Assembly: GCA_030059665.1 (NCBI GenBank)
Contig: JANVYR010000001.1
Span: forward strand, 768,001 to 832,000
DNA: 64,000 nucleotides
Direction of reading: 5' to 3'
Source: Candidatus Calditenuis fumarioli
Lineage (GTDB): Archaea > Thermoproteota > Nitrososphaeria_A > Caldarchaeales > Calditenuaceae
In this document: piece by piece, positions 1 to 9,468 of the stretch
Position numbering within the stretch: the first letter of the stretch is position 1
How the letters are laid out: each line of letters begins with the position of its first letter
Program-made: the position numbers and the translations under genes
The notes under the pieces: model-generated
Databases searched by the model: none
What the model was told of the DNA's origin: nothing
What the model saw: only the letters and a program-made list of their open reading frames with translations

Positions 1-603
1 CAGGGCGATGCAGTGCATCTCAGGAGCGTTGCACTGGTGCGGGCAGCTAGAGACGGTTATCTTGTGTTTTCTCGGGAGATTGCTGTATCTCCTGTTCCCG
101 TAGAAGTATTCCGCCAGCTCGAATAGCGTGGGCCTCACGTCGAAGAGCTCCTCAGGGTTAACGCCTGATAGGGGGCAGGAAGTGATGTTCCTTACCGTAT
201 CTCCGCAACCGGCAGCCGTGGTCAGTCCAACATCGAGCAGCCTCGAGAAGACCTCGGGTACGTCCTCTAGCCTGATCCAATGGAGCTGGACGTTCTGCCT
301 GGTAGTCAACTCTATGTATCCCCTTCCAAACGCCTCGGCAATCTCCGCAATGGCCTTTGCCTGTTCCCAGCTCAGGATTCCTCCCGGTAACTTTATCCTG
401 ACCATGAAGTACCCAAGCCTTGGCTTGTCGTGGTAAAGCCCCCACCACTGGAGCCTTACAACGTCCTCCTCAGGTATAGCTTCGTAGCCCTTGTCTATCA
501 GGCTGTATATCTCGTCCAGGACGTCCAGCGGGTGCTTCTCGAGCTTCATGCGCTCCCTGGGGTTCCTTCTCAACGCCTCCTCCATGCTGACAGACCCTGA
601 CAT
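1..603 (-). CDS. Ferredoxin-dependent sulfite/nitrite reductase, N-terminal part (runs off the window start)
   Basis: Not in the ORF track. Manual translation from ATG 603: MSGSVSMEEALRGTPRERMKLEKHPLD...RLQWWGLYHDKPRLGYFMVRIKLPGG...ELTTRQNVQLHWI...GCGDTVRNITSCP...NLPRKHKI. These are NirA/Sir motifs; the gene is divergent from sat. Confidence 0.9.
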   Translation of the reverse strand, partial: MSGSVSMEEALRRNPRERMKLEKHPLDVLDEIYSLIDKGYEAIPEEDVVRLQWWGLYHDKPRLGYFMVRIKLPGGILSWEQAKAIAEIAEAFGRGYIELTTRQNVQLHWIRLEDVPEVFSRLLDVGLTTAAGCGDTVRNITSCPLSGVNPEELFDVRPTLFELAEYFYGNRRYSNLPRKHKITVSSCPHQCNAPEMHCIAL

Positions 604-644
604 CCTCTCGTAACGCGAGATGGAGCTTTCTCAAAAATATTTGT

Positions 645-695
645 CATAATATCGCAAAATTAGTCAAGCATAATATTCAAATAGAACTATATAAG
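645..695. promoter_or_regulatory. Divergent sir/sat promoter region: CATAATAT twice (645-652, 669-676) and a TATA-like TATATAAG (688-695)
   Basis: Motifs read directly in the A/T-rich intergenic region; function inferred. Confidence 0.4.
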
Positions 696-709
696 CATGC
701 ATCCACCGA

Positions 710-1867
710 ATGAACGCGCCTTACGGCGGAAGGCTCGTCGACCGCTTGGTCAAGGGAGGTAGGGCGGAGAAGTTGAGAGAGGAGGCACGGGAGCTGCAGC
801 CGATTCGCTTGTCGGCGGAAGAGGAGCTGGACCTCGACAAGATCGCGATTGGAGCCTATAGCCCGCTCGAAGGGTTCATGACGAGGGAGGAGCTCGAGTC
901 GGTCATTTCGAAGGGGGAGCTGCCGAGTGGGCTTCCGTGGACAATCCCCATTCTCCTGGATGCCAGACGGGAGGAGGTTAGGTTCTCAGAGGGCGACGAG
1001 GTCAGGCTAGAGGGGGAGACGTTTGGCGCGCTTGGTGTCATGAGGGTAGAGGAGATCTACGAGGTGGATCAGAAGGAGGTGGCCCAAAGGGTCTATGGTA
1101 CCCTCGACCCGCGTCACCCTAACGTGCGGAGGCTGCTCACCAAGGGTGAAGGTGTAGCCATAGGAGGTAGAGTGGAGCTCATCGAAAGGCCGGCATTCAA
1201 CGGTGTCGTGGGGCCGTACGAGCTCACGCCTTCAGAGGTCAGGGCCTTGATAAGCGAAAGGGGATGGAGGACCGTGGTCGGATTCCAGTGCAGGAATCCG
1301 CCCCATCTCGGACACGAATACATACAGAGGCTAGCGATGGAGCTTTACGACGGCCTGCTGATACACCCCGTCACGGGGCTCCTGAAGGAGGACGATTATC
1401 CGCCTGAAGCTATAATCGAGGCCTACGAGGCCCTAGTCGGCAATTACTACCCGAAGGGAAAGGTCCTCCTAGCATCGCTGGGAATCGAGATGAGGTACGC
1501 CGGACCGAAGGCCGCCGTTTTCCTGGCTATCATCAGGAGGAATTACGGGTGCACTCACTTCGTCGTCGGAAGGGACCTGGCTGGCGTAGGGGGTTTCTAC
1601 GACCCCTACGAGGCTCAACAGGTCCTCAGGAGCATGAGGGACGAGTTGGGAATAGAGCCGATCTGCGTCAAAGAGGTCTACTACTGCGGGAAGTGCGGTT
1701 GGGGTGTTACCGAGAACACTTGCACCCACGTCGGATGGTCTTATAACGTCACGACGATAAGCCAGACTTACATCAGGTCCGTTCTGAGACGCGGTGGCAC
1801 AGTCCCAGCAGGAGTGCTGAGGGAGGAGGTGCTCGAAGTCCTGAGGAAGTATTACCAGCGGAACTGA
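710..1867 (+). CDS. sat: Sulfate adenylyltransferase
   Basis: PYGGRLVDRL N-terminus, FQCRNPPHLGHEY, MRYAGPKAA, RRNYGCTHFVVGRD, C-terminal CxxC Zn site. Confidence 0.96.
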   Translation: MNAPYGGRLVDRLVKGGRAEKLREEARELQPIRLSAEEELDLDKIAIGAYSPLEGFMTREELESVISKGELPSGLPWTIPILLDARREEVRFSEGDEVRLEGETFGALGVMRVEEIYEVDQKEVAQRVYGTLDPRHPNVRRLLTKGEGVAIGGRVELIERPAFNGVVGPYELTPSEVRALISERGWRTVVGFQCRNPPHLGHEYIQRLAMELYDGLLIHPVTGLLKEDDYPPEAIIEAYEALVGNYYPKGKVLLASLGIEMRYAGPKAAVFLAIIRRNYGCTHFVVGRDLAGVGGFYDPYEAQQVLRSMRDELGIEPICVKEVYYCGKCGWGVTENTCTHVGWSYNVTTISQTYIRSVLRRGGTVPAGVLREEVLEVLRKYYQRN

Positions 1868-1882
1868 GGGGAGCGGCAGACC

Positions 1883-2632
1883 ATGCTACCACATGTCTTG
1901 CCGGCATTGGGCTTCGTGGGTGGGTTCCTGTTGGGGTTAGTGGGGTTCGGTTGGGGATCCACAATCCTCCCTCTCTTGATCCTTCTGGAGGCAGATCCCA
2001 AGGTAGCCATAGGGGCCGTAGTGACGTCGAACACCGTCATGTGCCTCCTGGGCAGCCTTAGGTACGGGAACTCGAAGCTCTTCAGCTGGAGGGTCGCAGC
2101 TCCCACGGCTGCAGCCGCCATATCAGCTGCCCTAGTGGGAACCGCTTTCAGCACGCTTCTACCAGGGAAGGTGGTCGTTGCGGTCCTGGGTCTCTACCTG
2201 ACGGTGGGAGGGGTATCGCTAGCTCTCCGCCCTCCAAGCTTCAAGAGGAGCCCCGACGGAGCCACCGTTGCGCTCTGGAAGTTCGTTGCAGGAGGAGCCA
2301 TACCTGGCTTCTTCGAAGGTGCTTACGGGTCCGGAGGACCTGCTGGCATGCTTACGCTTATGATGCTTAGGGTCCCTGTGAAGGTCGCTATAGGCAGCTG
2401 GCTTACGGCATCCCTGTTGAGCCAGGGAGCGGCTTCTGTAGTATACGGGGTCCAGGGAATCGTGGACCCGGTGATGACTGGGTTACTAGTCGTTGGCGGC
2501 ATCCCTGCCATGATCTTAGGGAGCCATATCACCATAAAGAGGCTGGCTGATTCTACCATCGAAAGGGTAGCCGGTTTAGCGATCTTCCTGTTGGGCTCAA
2601 GATTGATCGCGATAAACGTGCTTCATTTCTGA
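1883..2632 (+). CDS. TauE/SafE sulfite exporter family membrane protein
   Basis: About 8 TM segments in two repeats (GLVGFGWG / GAYGSGG; DPKVAIG / PVKVAIG); follows sat. Confidence 0.85.
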   Translation: MLPHVLPALGFVGGFLLGLVGFGWGSTILPLLILLEADPKVAIGAVVTSNTVMCLLGSLRYGNSKLFSWRVAAPTAAAAISAALVGTAFSTLLPGKVVVAVLGLYLTVGGVSLALRPPSFKRSPDGATVALWKFVAGGAIPGFFEGAYGSGGPAGMLTLMMLRVPVKVAIGSWLTASLLSQGAASVVYGVQGIVDPVMTGLLVVGGIPAMILGSHITIKRLADSTIERVAGLAIFLLGSRLIAINVLHF

Positions 2633-3057
2633 CCGTCATCGGAACACCTTTGACGGAAATCAGATTTGATGTTCCTCATAATATAGCATCTAGTTCCTAA
2701 CTAGTTTGCCGAGACTTTCGTAATCAACATCGAACGCCGTGTCAATAGTTGTGGGAGGCTCCATCCTCTCTGCAACGTGAAAAGTCGTGTTTAACCCCCA
2801 AACGAACAGCCACCTTGTCCGTAGCGACTGCGCAAGAATAGGCTGCTTTCTCCTTGCTGCAGACGAAGAAGGTAACCGCTCTACGGTGTGCTGACGTGGA
2901 CGGAGATATTGGGAGACGCGCATGCGGACAAACCTAGGAGATGTGCGACAAAACTGCGAGATGAACCAGTTATCTGTCATCAACTCTAGGGTGTGAAAGA
3001 ATCTTTTTATTCCAGCCACCACGTCGCAAAATTGTGACGTTACTATCCAATCATCAA

Positions 3058-3552
3058 ATGCGATCTGGAACAATTTTAACCAACGGAAGGGGGCAGGAAA
3101 GTCCTCAACAACATGAAGCTAGGAGGGTCAACATAGTCCTGACAATCATATTAGTGATCTCGATTGTGGTAGGATTGCTCATATTAATATTCGATGGACT
3201 GCTATGGTTCGATAACCCGAAGAACGGTCATGCATATGCTCTCATAGCGTTCACCATCATACAGTTGGCCCTTCTATATGGTCTCTTCCGTAGCCCACAT
3301 AGGGCCACTAAGGCTATAAACTATTGGTCTGCAATCTATCTGGTGCTGTTACTGCTGAACCCGTTGACAGGCCCTTTCATAGGAGTCTCACCAGCCCAGT
3401 TCGCGTCATATCTCTTCGGCATCACACCGATCCCGAGCTTTAATGGCGTCAGCTGTCCGTTTCTGTGTCCTCCCTTCGCCATCAGCTACGATCTGCTGAT
3501 CGCGTGTCAGATAGCTATCTTGGTACTCGGCAGGAGGGGACTGAAAAGATAA
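3058..3552 (+). CDS. Hypothetical membrane protein (about 4 TM, CPFLCPP motif)
   Basis: ORF 3034-3552 with hydrophobic helices; ATG 3058 chosen as the likely start. Confidence 0.65.
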   Translation: MRSGTILTNGRGQESPQQHEARRVNIVLTIILVISIVVGLLILIFDGLLWFDNPKNGHAYALIAFTIIQLALLYGLFRSPHRATKAINYWSAIYLVLLLLNPLTGPFIGVSPAQFASYLFGITPIPSFNGVSCPFLCPPFAISYDLLIACQIAILVLGRRGLKR

Positions 3553-3561
3553 TGCGCAAAT

Positions 3562-4752
3562 ATGTGGCGAAATGGACCAGATAGCTTTGCCAACCGTCGT
3601 GTTCTGATGGCTGCAATTGCTGCCCAGATAGCGACCATGCCCTTCGTCTCACATGGATATGATCTACTGGTTAGCTACGTTGCGGCAAGGAACGTCTTTG
3701 ACGGTAAGAGCCCTTATCTCGGTGGCTCGCTGCCAAACCCGTCCTATCCCGCCAACGTCCAGGGCATTGGAGAAACCCCCCTTTGGCCGTTATACCTCTC
3801 GCTCTCATACGTGGTTTCCGGTGGCGAGCTGTTCCTCTTCAACGCGATTGCTAAAATCCCATTACTTCTGTCCAACATTCTGTTATATTATGTGTTCACG
3901 AAACGTGGCATTAAGGGTGCCGAGTTCTACATCTTAAATCCAATGATATTGGTGATCACGGTGTTCTGGGGGAAGCCCGACGTCGTTTCGACGTTGTTAG
4001 CCATCGCTTCTCTGCTGCTTGTCGATAGGCCCATCATCTCGGGACTTCTCATGGGCGTCTCCGTCAACGTGAAGCCATTGTCGCTGGGCACGATCCCAGC
4101 CACGCTAGCCTACCTGGGGTCCAGAAGGAGCGTCGCGTTCCTGCTCGCTTTCTTCTCCTCCTCGGCTTCGATCTTCATAATGCCCTTCGTTCTGCTGGGA
4201 TGGGACCTTTCGGTGCCATCTTCGGGAATCGTGAACTGGTTTCGGGAAGCGGGAGGTCTGAACCCTCTGAACGTCTTCGAGTTGTTCTACGGATGGAGTT
4301 ATGAGCGCGGCTACAATCCACTTGGGGAGTGGGTCAGTCTCCCTTGGATCGCTGCGGTCCTAGCAGTGACAGTTCGCATCGCGGTGAAGCGGCCTATTAG
4401 TTACCGGGAGATGGTCTGGGGAGCGATTCTGGGATCGTCGGCATTCATAGTCGGCAGGTCGAGGGTCTCTGAGCAGAACTTAATCCTTCCCATGGCGCTG
4501 ATGCACCTCTACGCTGGAAGGCCCCCTAGACCCAGATTGTGGGCAGTGCTCCTGCTATACTCGGCCCTGAACTACTCGATACCACAGCTCTTGTATCCTG
4601 TTTGGCGCAGCGTCACTGTCGACCTTCACGAGCTCACGAAACAATTTGAGGGGATTAGGATATTTAGCAGGTTCATTTCCTCAATCGCGTTCTACACGCT
4701 CTACATCCTCGAACTCAGGGAGGTCCGGAGGGGAGCGTTCAATGAGGGATGA
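3562..4752 (+). CDS. GT-C fold (GT87/PIG-M/DUF2029-like) membrane glycosyltransferase
   Basis: Multi-TM; early GYD loop, ETPLWP, LNP...WGKPD, NVKP patterns typical of lipid-phosphate-sugar dependent GT-C enzymes. Confidence 0.7.
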   Translation: MWRNGPDSFANRRVLMAAIAAQIATMPFVSHGYDLLVSYVAARNVFDGKSPYLGGSLPNPSYPANVQGIGETPLWPLYLSLSYVVSGGELFLFNAIAKIPLLLSNILLYYVFTKRGIKGAEFYILNPMILVITVFWGKPDVVSTLLAIASLLLVDRPIISGLLMGVSVNVKPLSLGTIPATLAYLGSRRSVAFLLAFFSSSASIFIMPFVLLGWDLSVPSSGIVNWFREAGGLNPLNVFELFYGWSYERGYNPLGEWVSLPWIAAVLAVTVRIAVKRPISYREMVWGAILGSSAFIVGRSRVSEQNLILPMALMHLYAGRPPRPRLWAVLLLYSALNYSIPQLLYPVWRSVTVDLHELTKQFEGIRIFSRFISSIAFYTLYILELREVRRGAFNEG

Positions 4753-5482
4753 GCTGGTGCCGTATTCCATAGCTGCGACCAGCGTCTTCTGGGGAGCGGC
4801 AGCTCTCGTTGATCCGAGAATCGGTCTACATCCGAGACTACCACCTCCAGAGATCGTCGCAGTTCTGCACTTCCTTGCAGGGCTACTGATCGTTCCAAAG
4901 AGAGTCAGATGGATAGGTTGCTTCACCGTTTTCGTAGTTACGGCGTACTATTCCGTTTGGGTGAAACCTTTTGCCCCGATCGCAGAACCCCAGACGATCG
5001 GCATATCAATGATCGCGCTCGGGTCCACTATAGAGGAGGTCTCCTCCAGAGTTGCCGCAAGGGACTACCGGGTCTCGAAGCTGGCAATCACCTTGTTGAT
5101 GCGGGGAGGCATAGCCTATCCGTTCGTTGAATGGGGTCTAGACGCCCTGAGGAACCCCAAACACTTCGTCAACTACATCTCCAGCAACGAAAGGGCATCA
5201 ACCCTTGCAAATCCAATAGGTATTGAAAACGCGGTTTTTCTGATCTTTTTGGTGGAAACGGTACTTGCAACTCTGATAGCCACCGGGTTGCTGCGTAAGC
5301 TTACTGGAATCGTTTCCGCTTTAGTCCTCACCCTGTTTTCAGCGGTTGCAGGATATCCTCTGGCTCTACCCCAGAACGTTGTCCTGATAGCAACGTCAAT
5401 TAGGTATGGGCTTGAAAGGTCCGATTTGCGGATTTCGCAGCCGCAGAAGGCAGCCGGATGTCGATGGCTTGGCGTCGTCTAA
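4742..5482 (+). CDS. DoxX-like membrane protein
   Basis: ATG 4742 overlaps the upstream stop; about 7 TM; LMRGGIAYPFVEWG and VETVLATLIATGLL resemble DoxX. Confidence 0.5.
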   Translation: MRDELVPYSIAATSVFWGAAALVDPRIGLHPRLPPPEIVAVLHFLAGLLIVPKRVRWIGCFTVFVVTAYYSVWVKPFAPIAEPQTIGISMIALGSTIEEVSSRVAARDYRVSKLAITLLMRGGIAYPFVEWGLDALRNPKHFVNYISSNERASTLANPIGIENAVFLIFLVETVLATLIATGLLRKLTGIVSALVLTLFSAVAGYPLALPQNVVLIATSIRYGLERSDLRISQPQKAAGCRWLGVV

Positions 5483-5782
5483 TTGTATGATTTGGTATGT
5501 ACTAGAATCTCAACGACCCGTGGACGGCTTCCATCGAAATAGCAAAGACGTCGAATCGCTACAGAGGAGATGCTACCGGTTCTGCCTTGAAAACAATTGG
5601 GGAAGGAACCTAGATTATTATGGGTACCGAAGCGGACTAAGAGGTTTCTCGAGAACTGGTCCACTTACAGTTGCCCCTGAAGTCTTAGAATGTAGATTAG
5701 CAAACAGGGATTTTCAAAGGGTCGCCCTCCGTCAATGGGTAGGTCAGAAATGCAAATATATCTTCCAATGGGCGGGACTTGT

Positions 5783-6289
5783 ATGAAAAGACGTCTGTTC
5801 GGAACGATCCTTATGTTGGGGATGCTGCTCGGTTTATCAATTTCGCTGTCAGCGTTTTCCGACGCATCGGCGGGTGCAAGGAACTTCACCGCAACGCTCA
5901 ACGGATGGGGTGAGGTCCCTTCACTGGTGAGCAAAGGTTTCGGGTTCGCAAGGGTTCAGATATCAGAGGACGAAAAGACCATTTACTTTGAACTAGTCTA
6001 CTATGGTCTCGTAAACGTTACGGCTGCCCACATCCACATAGGAAAGGAGGGACACGTGGGAGGAGTTGCGGTGTGGCTTTGTGGCGGACCTAGACCACCG
6101 TGTCCACCTTCAGGGACCAAGGTAACTGGGACGATAACGTCTGGTGATGTGTTGTCAATTCCAGCACAAGGTCTCACGGCAGGCGACCTGAAGTCGCTAA
6201 TAGCTGCCATAAGGAGCGGGAGTGCCTACGTCAACGTCCACACCACCAGATTTCCGGCAGGTGAGATCAGGGGTCAGCTAAGCAGCTGA
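5783..6289 (+). CDS. Secreted CHRD-domain protein
   Basis: Signal peptide MKRRLFG...ASA; FTATLNGWGEVP, TAAHIH, AYVNVHTTRFPAGEIRGQL are CHRD hallmarks. Confidence 0.92.
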   Translation: MKRRLFGTILMLGMLLGLSISLSAFSDASAGARNFTATLNGWGEVPSLVSKGFGFARVQISEDEKTIYFELVYYGLVNVTAAHIHIGKEGHVGGVAVWLCGGPRPPCPPSGTKVTGTITSGDVLSIPAQGLTAGDLKSLIAAIRSGSAYVNVHTTRFPAGEIRGQLSS

Positions 6290-6649
6290 CGGCTGAATTG
6301 GAGAAGACGGAAGTTGAACATAGCTACCCGCTTTTTGGATCATTTGGCCGGAGGGGTTGATTGCGCCTAATCTTTCGCCACTTAAAAGACGCGTTCGAGG
6401 AGCATTAACGGGCGTCGTTGTTGTTATGCGCGTTGAAGCCTAATCCTGGAGGCGGATCAATCGGGATCAGAACGAGTAATCTAGGAAACTTGGAGCAGAA
6501 AGATTGCCGGCGGATTTCATTACTAAAATGCGTTATCGCGATGGCCTCTTGGGCCCGCTTATAAGCCAGACCCAGTTTCATCTGTTCCTGTAGTTCACCT
6601 GCGCTCCAATAATGATAAGAGATGAAAAGCCGAAACGGAACGGGACGCA

Positions 6650-8017
6650 TCAGCTCATCCGTTTGAACCGCCAGTCCGTGAAGAGCTCATAGGGCTTCAG
6701 GAGGATGTAGAGCGGCCCCAACTTCCTTCTGGCCTTCCACTGGAACCTCGCCTTCCACATCCCGTACCTGAGCTTCCTCAGCGAGAAATCGTGTCTGAAG
6801 AGGAGCCTGTGGTCGTAGCCGTGCAACGGTTTCTCCCATTCGAACGTCTCCATTCTATCTTTGACCTTCTCGTAAAGCCCCGTGCCAGGAAGAGGGTATG
6901 GGATAGTCATGCTGAAGTAATCGAGCGGTAGGCTTGACGCCAGCTTTATCGTCTTCAGCATCGTCTCATTAGTCTCTCCCGGGTATCCGAGTATGAAGAA
7001 CGCGCCAACCTCGAGTCCGGCCCGCTTCGCATAGGTGACCGCGGCCCTAGACTGGGCAACTGTTATCCTCTTGTTCATCAGGTTGCTCAGCACGTAATCG
7101 TCACCGGACTCCAACCCGAAGATCACCCTATAGCAGCCGGCCTCACGCATGGCCTTAGCGACCTCGGCGTCGAAGAGGTCGACCCTCGAGAGGCACTCCC
7201 ACCCCACGTCTATCCCCCTCTTACGTATCTCCTCGCAGAGCCTAAGGACGTGCTTCTTGTTGGCTATGAAGAGTTCGTCGGCGAACCAGATCCTCTCGTA
7301 TCCCCATTTGTACCTTATCTCCTCCATCTCCTCTGCTATCTTCTCGGGGGACCTGTACCTGTAGACCCTGCCGTAATCGGGCCGCCAGCAGAAGTCACAG
7401 GAGAATGGACATCCTCGGCTCGCTATCATGGACGTCATTGTGTATCCGAAGTTCCTCCTGTAGTAGGACTGGTAGAGGTGATGGTCGTATAGGTCCCTCG
7501 CGGGGAACGGAAGCGCATCGAGGTCACGCACGAGGGGCCTGGCGCCGGTGTGCTCCACCCTGCCTCCGTTCAGGTGGGACGCCAACCATACGCCCCTCAC
7601 CCTGTGGAACTTGGGCTCTGACCGACCGTCCATTGCGTCCATCAGCTCAGCGACAGTTATCTCTCCTTCCCCCTGAACTACTGCATCGAACGCGCCCAGG
7701 AACATCGACGGGTAGGCCGACGGCATCGGTCCGCCTGCTATGACCAGCTCGCTGACCTCCTTGGCCTCTGCAGCGAGCTCCTTCGCGGTCCTGACCATCG
7801 ACAGCATGCTGTAGATTCCGACCACGCGGGCCCGCTCCCTCCTGATCCTCTCCCTTACCTCCTCCCGACTGAGGAAGGTGCAGTCCAGTATCTTGACGTT
7901 ATAACCCCTCTCCCTGACGTACGAGGCGATGTAACCTATGCCGAGCGGAGGGAACTGCCAGTGCTTTGACCTGCCGTCGAAGAAATAGGGGAAGACCAGA
8001 AGGAGGTCCGTCGTCAT
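6650..8017 (-). CDS. Cobalamin-binding radical SAM enzyme (class B)
   Basis: PPLGIGYIAS, GGPMPS, GEGE B12 domain; SRGCPFSCDFC; GLESG; GAFFILGYPGET. Start reset to ATG 8017 (MTTDLLLVFP). Confidence 0.92.
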   Translation of the reverse strand: MTTDLLLVFPYFFDGRSKHWQFPPLGIGYIASYVRERGYNVKILDCTFLSREEVRERIRRERARVVGIYSMLSMVRTAKELAAEAKEVSELVIAGGPMPSAYPSMFLGAFDAVVQGEGEITVAELMDAMDGRSEPKFHRVRGVWLASHLNGGRVEHTGARPLVRDLDALPFPARDLYDHHLYQSYYRRNFGYTMTSMIASRGCPFSCDFCWRPDYGRVYRYRSPEKIAEEMEEIRYKWGYERIWFADELFIANKKHVLRLCEEIRKRGIDVGWECLSRVDLFDAEVAKAMREAGCYRVIFGLESGDDYVLSNLMNKRITVAQSRAAVTYAKRAGLEVGAFFILGYPGETNETMLKTIKLASSLPLDYFSMTIPYPLPGTGLYEKVKDRMETFEWEKPLHGYDHRLLFRHDFSLRKLRYGMWKARFQWKARRKLGPLYILLKPYELFTDWRFKRMS

Positions 8018-8081
8018 CCTGTGTGTGACCCACGTGATTAGCTTAAGCCTTGCAGTCCTACACAAGATCAGGAGTGAGCCT

Positions 8082-8897
8082 ATGAGCAGTAGAAGGACGT
8101 GGCAGGTAGGGCCCCTCACCGCGTACCTCCTGCCGAGGGCACCTCGGTCGACGGAGATCTCCGGAGTGGCTAGGGGGCTGGGGCTGATCCACGACGGAAG
8201 AGATCTGACTGGGGAGGGCATGGGCATAGGTGGCGTCGTCCTGAGGTTGGGGGGCGTGACGTATTTCCCGCTAACCACCAGGGACTCATTGTCGGATGAT
8301 GGCGCATCCAGGACCTTCGAGCTCAACGGAGTGGCTAGGAAGATGTTGGGGCCGCTCGACGTCACCGGCCCTCACCGATTCCTGAGGGAATCCCTTTCGC
8401 CACTGTACCTTAGAGGAGGGAGGGGGGCGCTCGCCTTCAGGGGTCTGATGAGGGTTAGGTCGCTGCTGATAAGGACAGAATACAGGTCTTCGGAGCGCGT
8501 CGAGGTGTGCGTCGTCTCCTACCGATTTAACGGGTGTTGCATCGAGATTAGGGTTTCAAGGGAAACCGGAAGGGGTAAACTGATAGTTGCAAACGAACTC
8601 TCGGGGACGCTCTTCGATTCCCTCGTGGTCGGCGGTTCTCGGATCGCGTTGGGCCCTTGGGTCAGATGTCCGTCAAGGACCCCTGCACTGCTATCGAGGA
8701 CCCTCGGGATATGCGTTCGCTTCGAGCTCCCGGAGGGCGCAGAGGCGTTCGCTGGTAGGGAGGTGCTTCCGCCGAGGCTGGATTGGGCTGGGGTCGACTT
8801 GATACTGGATGAGGGCGTGCTCGCGGTCACATACGCCGTGAGAATCTGCTCCGGTCCATCAACGCCAGCGCTGGAGTCATGCAGTAGAGCGACCTAG
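8082..8897 (+). CDS. Hypothetical beta-rich soluble protein (GEGMGIGG motif), divergent from the radical SAM
   Basis: Long ORF, ATG 8082 preceded by GGAGTG; no family recognised. Confidence 0.6.
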   Translation: MSSRRTWQVGPLTAYLLPRAPRSTEISGVARGLGLIHDGRDLTGEGMGIGGVVLRLGGVTYFPLTTRDSLSDDGASRTFELNGVARKMLGPLDVTGPHRFLRESLSPLYLRGGRGALAFRGLMRVRSLLIRTEYRSSERVEVCVVSYRFNGCCIEIRVSRETGRGKLIVANELSGTLFDSLVVGGSRIALGPWVRCPSRTPALLSRTLGICVRFELPEGAEAFAGREVLPPRLDWAGVDLILDEGVLAVTYAVRICSGPSTPALESCSRAT

Positions 8898-9468
8898 TCA
8901 CGGCGTTGAACGCGTAGCCTGTGGCGTCGCCTGACTCTGGCAGCTTGTAACCGGTCAAACCCCAGAGGGCGAACGCAAGCAGCGCAAGGGACACCGACGC
9001 GATTGCGAGCATAAAGCCGTCCCTCCTGATCCACGGTAGAAGCGCGCTGACATACCCCGCCTTCACCGCGGTCCAACCCAAGTTCGGCAGGAAATGTTCC
9101 ACCAGCGCCCTCCACCCATACGCCAGATAACCGATCGACACGAAGGTCAGCTCGTATAATTCCGAGATTGCAGCGATTGAGGCCCTTCCGATCAGCGCGC
9201 CGAGTAGAGCCCCCTTCAAGCCTCCAACCCTGCGCCATACCAGGAAGGCCGTTAGGACCATACCGAACAGGGACGAAGCTATAGTGAACGGGTAAACCGT
9301 GACTCCTCCGGCCGAGAAGACGAGGTTCCCAGCTGAGTCGGTTGAGGGGTTGGTGAGCGCAGATAGAGCCGTATGGTCGTACCAGGAGAAGACCGGGATG
9401 GAGCTCAGCAGGTACACGTAGTAGACCGTCCAGAGTCGCTTCGCGTCAATCTCCTTCACCGCTTCCAC
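8827..9468 (-). CDS. Hypothetical membrane protein (about 6 TM)
   Basis: Hydrophobic ORF overlapping the end of the GT2 gene, so probably co-transcribed. Confidence 0.65.
   Translation of the reverse strand: MEAVKEIDAKRLWTVYYVYLLSSIPVFSWYDHTALSALTNPSTDSAGNLVFSAGGVTVYPFTIASSLFGMVLTAFLVWRRVGGLKGALLGALIGRASIAAISELYELTFVSIGYLAYGWRALVEHFLPNLGWTAVKAGYVSALLPWIRRDGFMLAIASVSLALLAFALWGLTGYKLPESGDATGYAFNAVTRSLYCMTPALALMDRSRFSRRM

Noticed and set aside
2690-3073. 127-aa minus-strand ORF in the A/T-rich gap
   Set aside because: No motif or typical codon pattern; overlaps the start of the plus-strand gene
6405-6650. 81-aa ORF with LFISYHY, vaguely TIR-like
   Set aside because: Too short, no other TIR motifs, and abuts the radical SAM stop; likely chance or an unidentifiable remnant
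8018-8365. N-terminal 116-aa extension of the radical SAM ORF in the track
   Set aside because: Overlaps the divergent gene; family similarity starts only at MTTDLLLVFP (ATG 8017)
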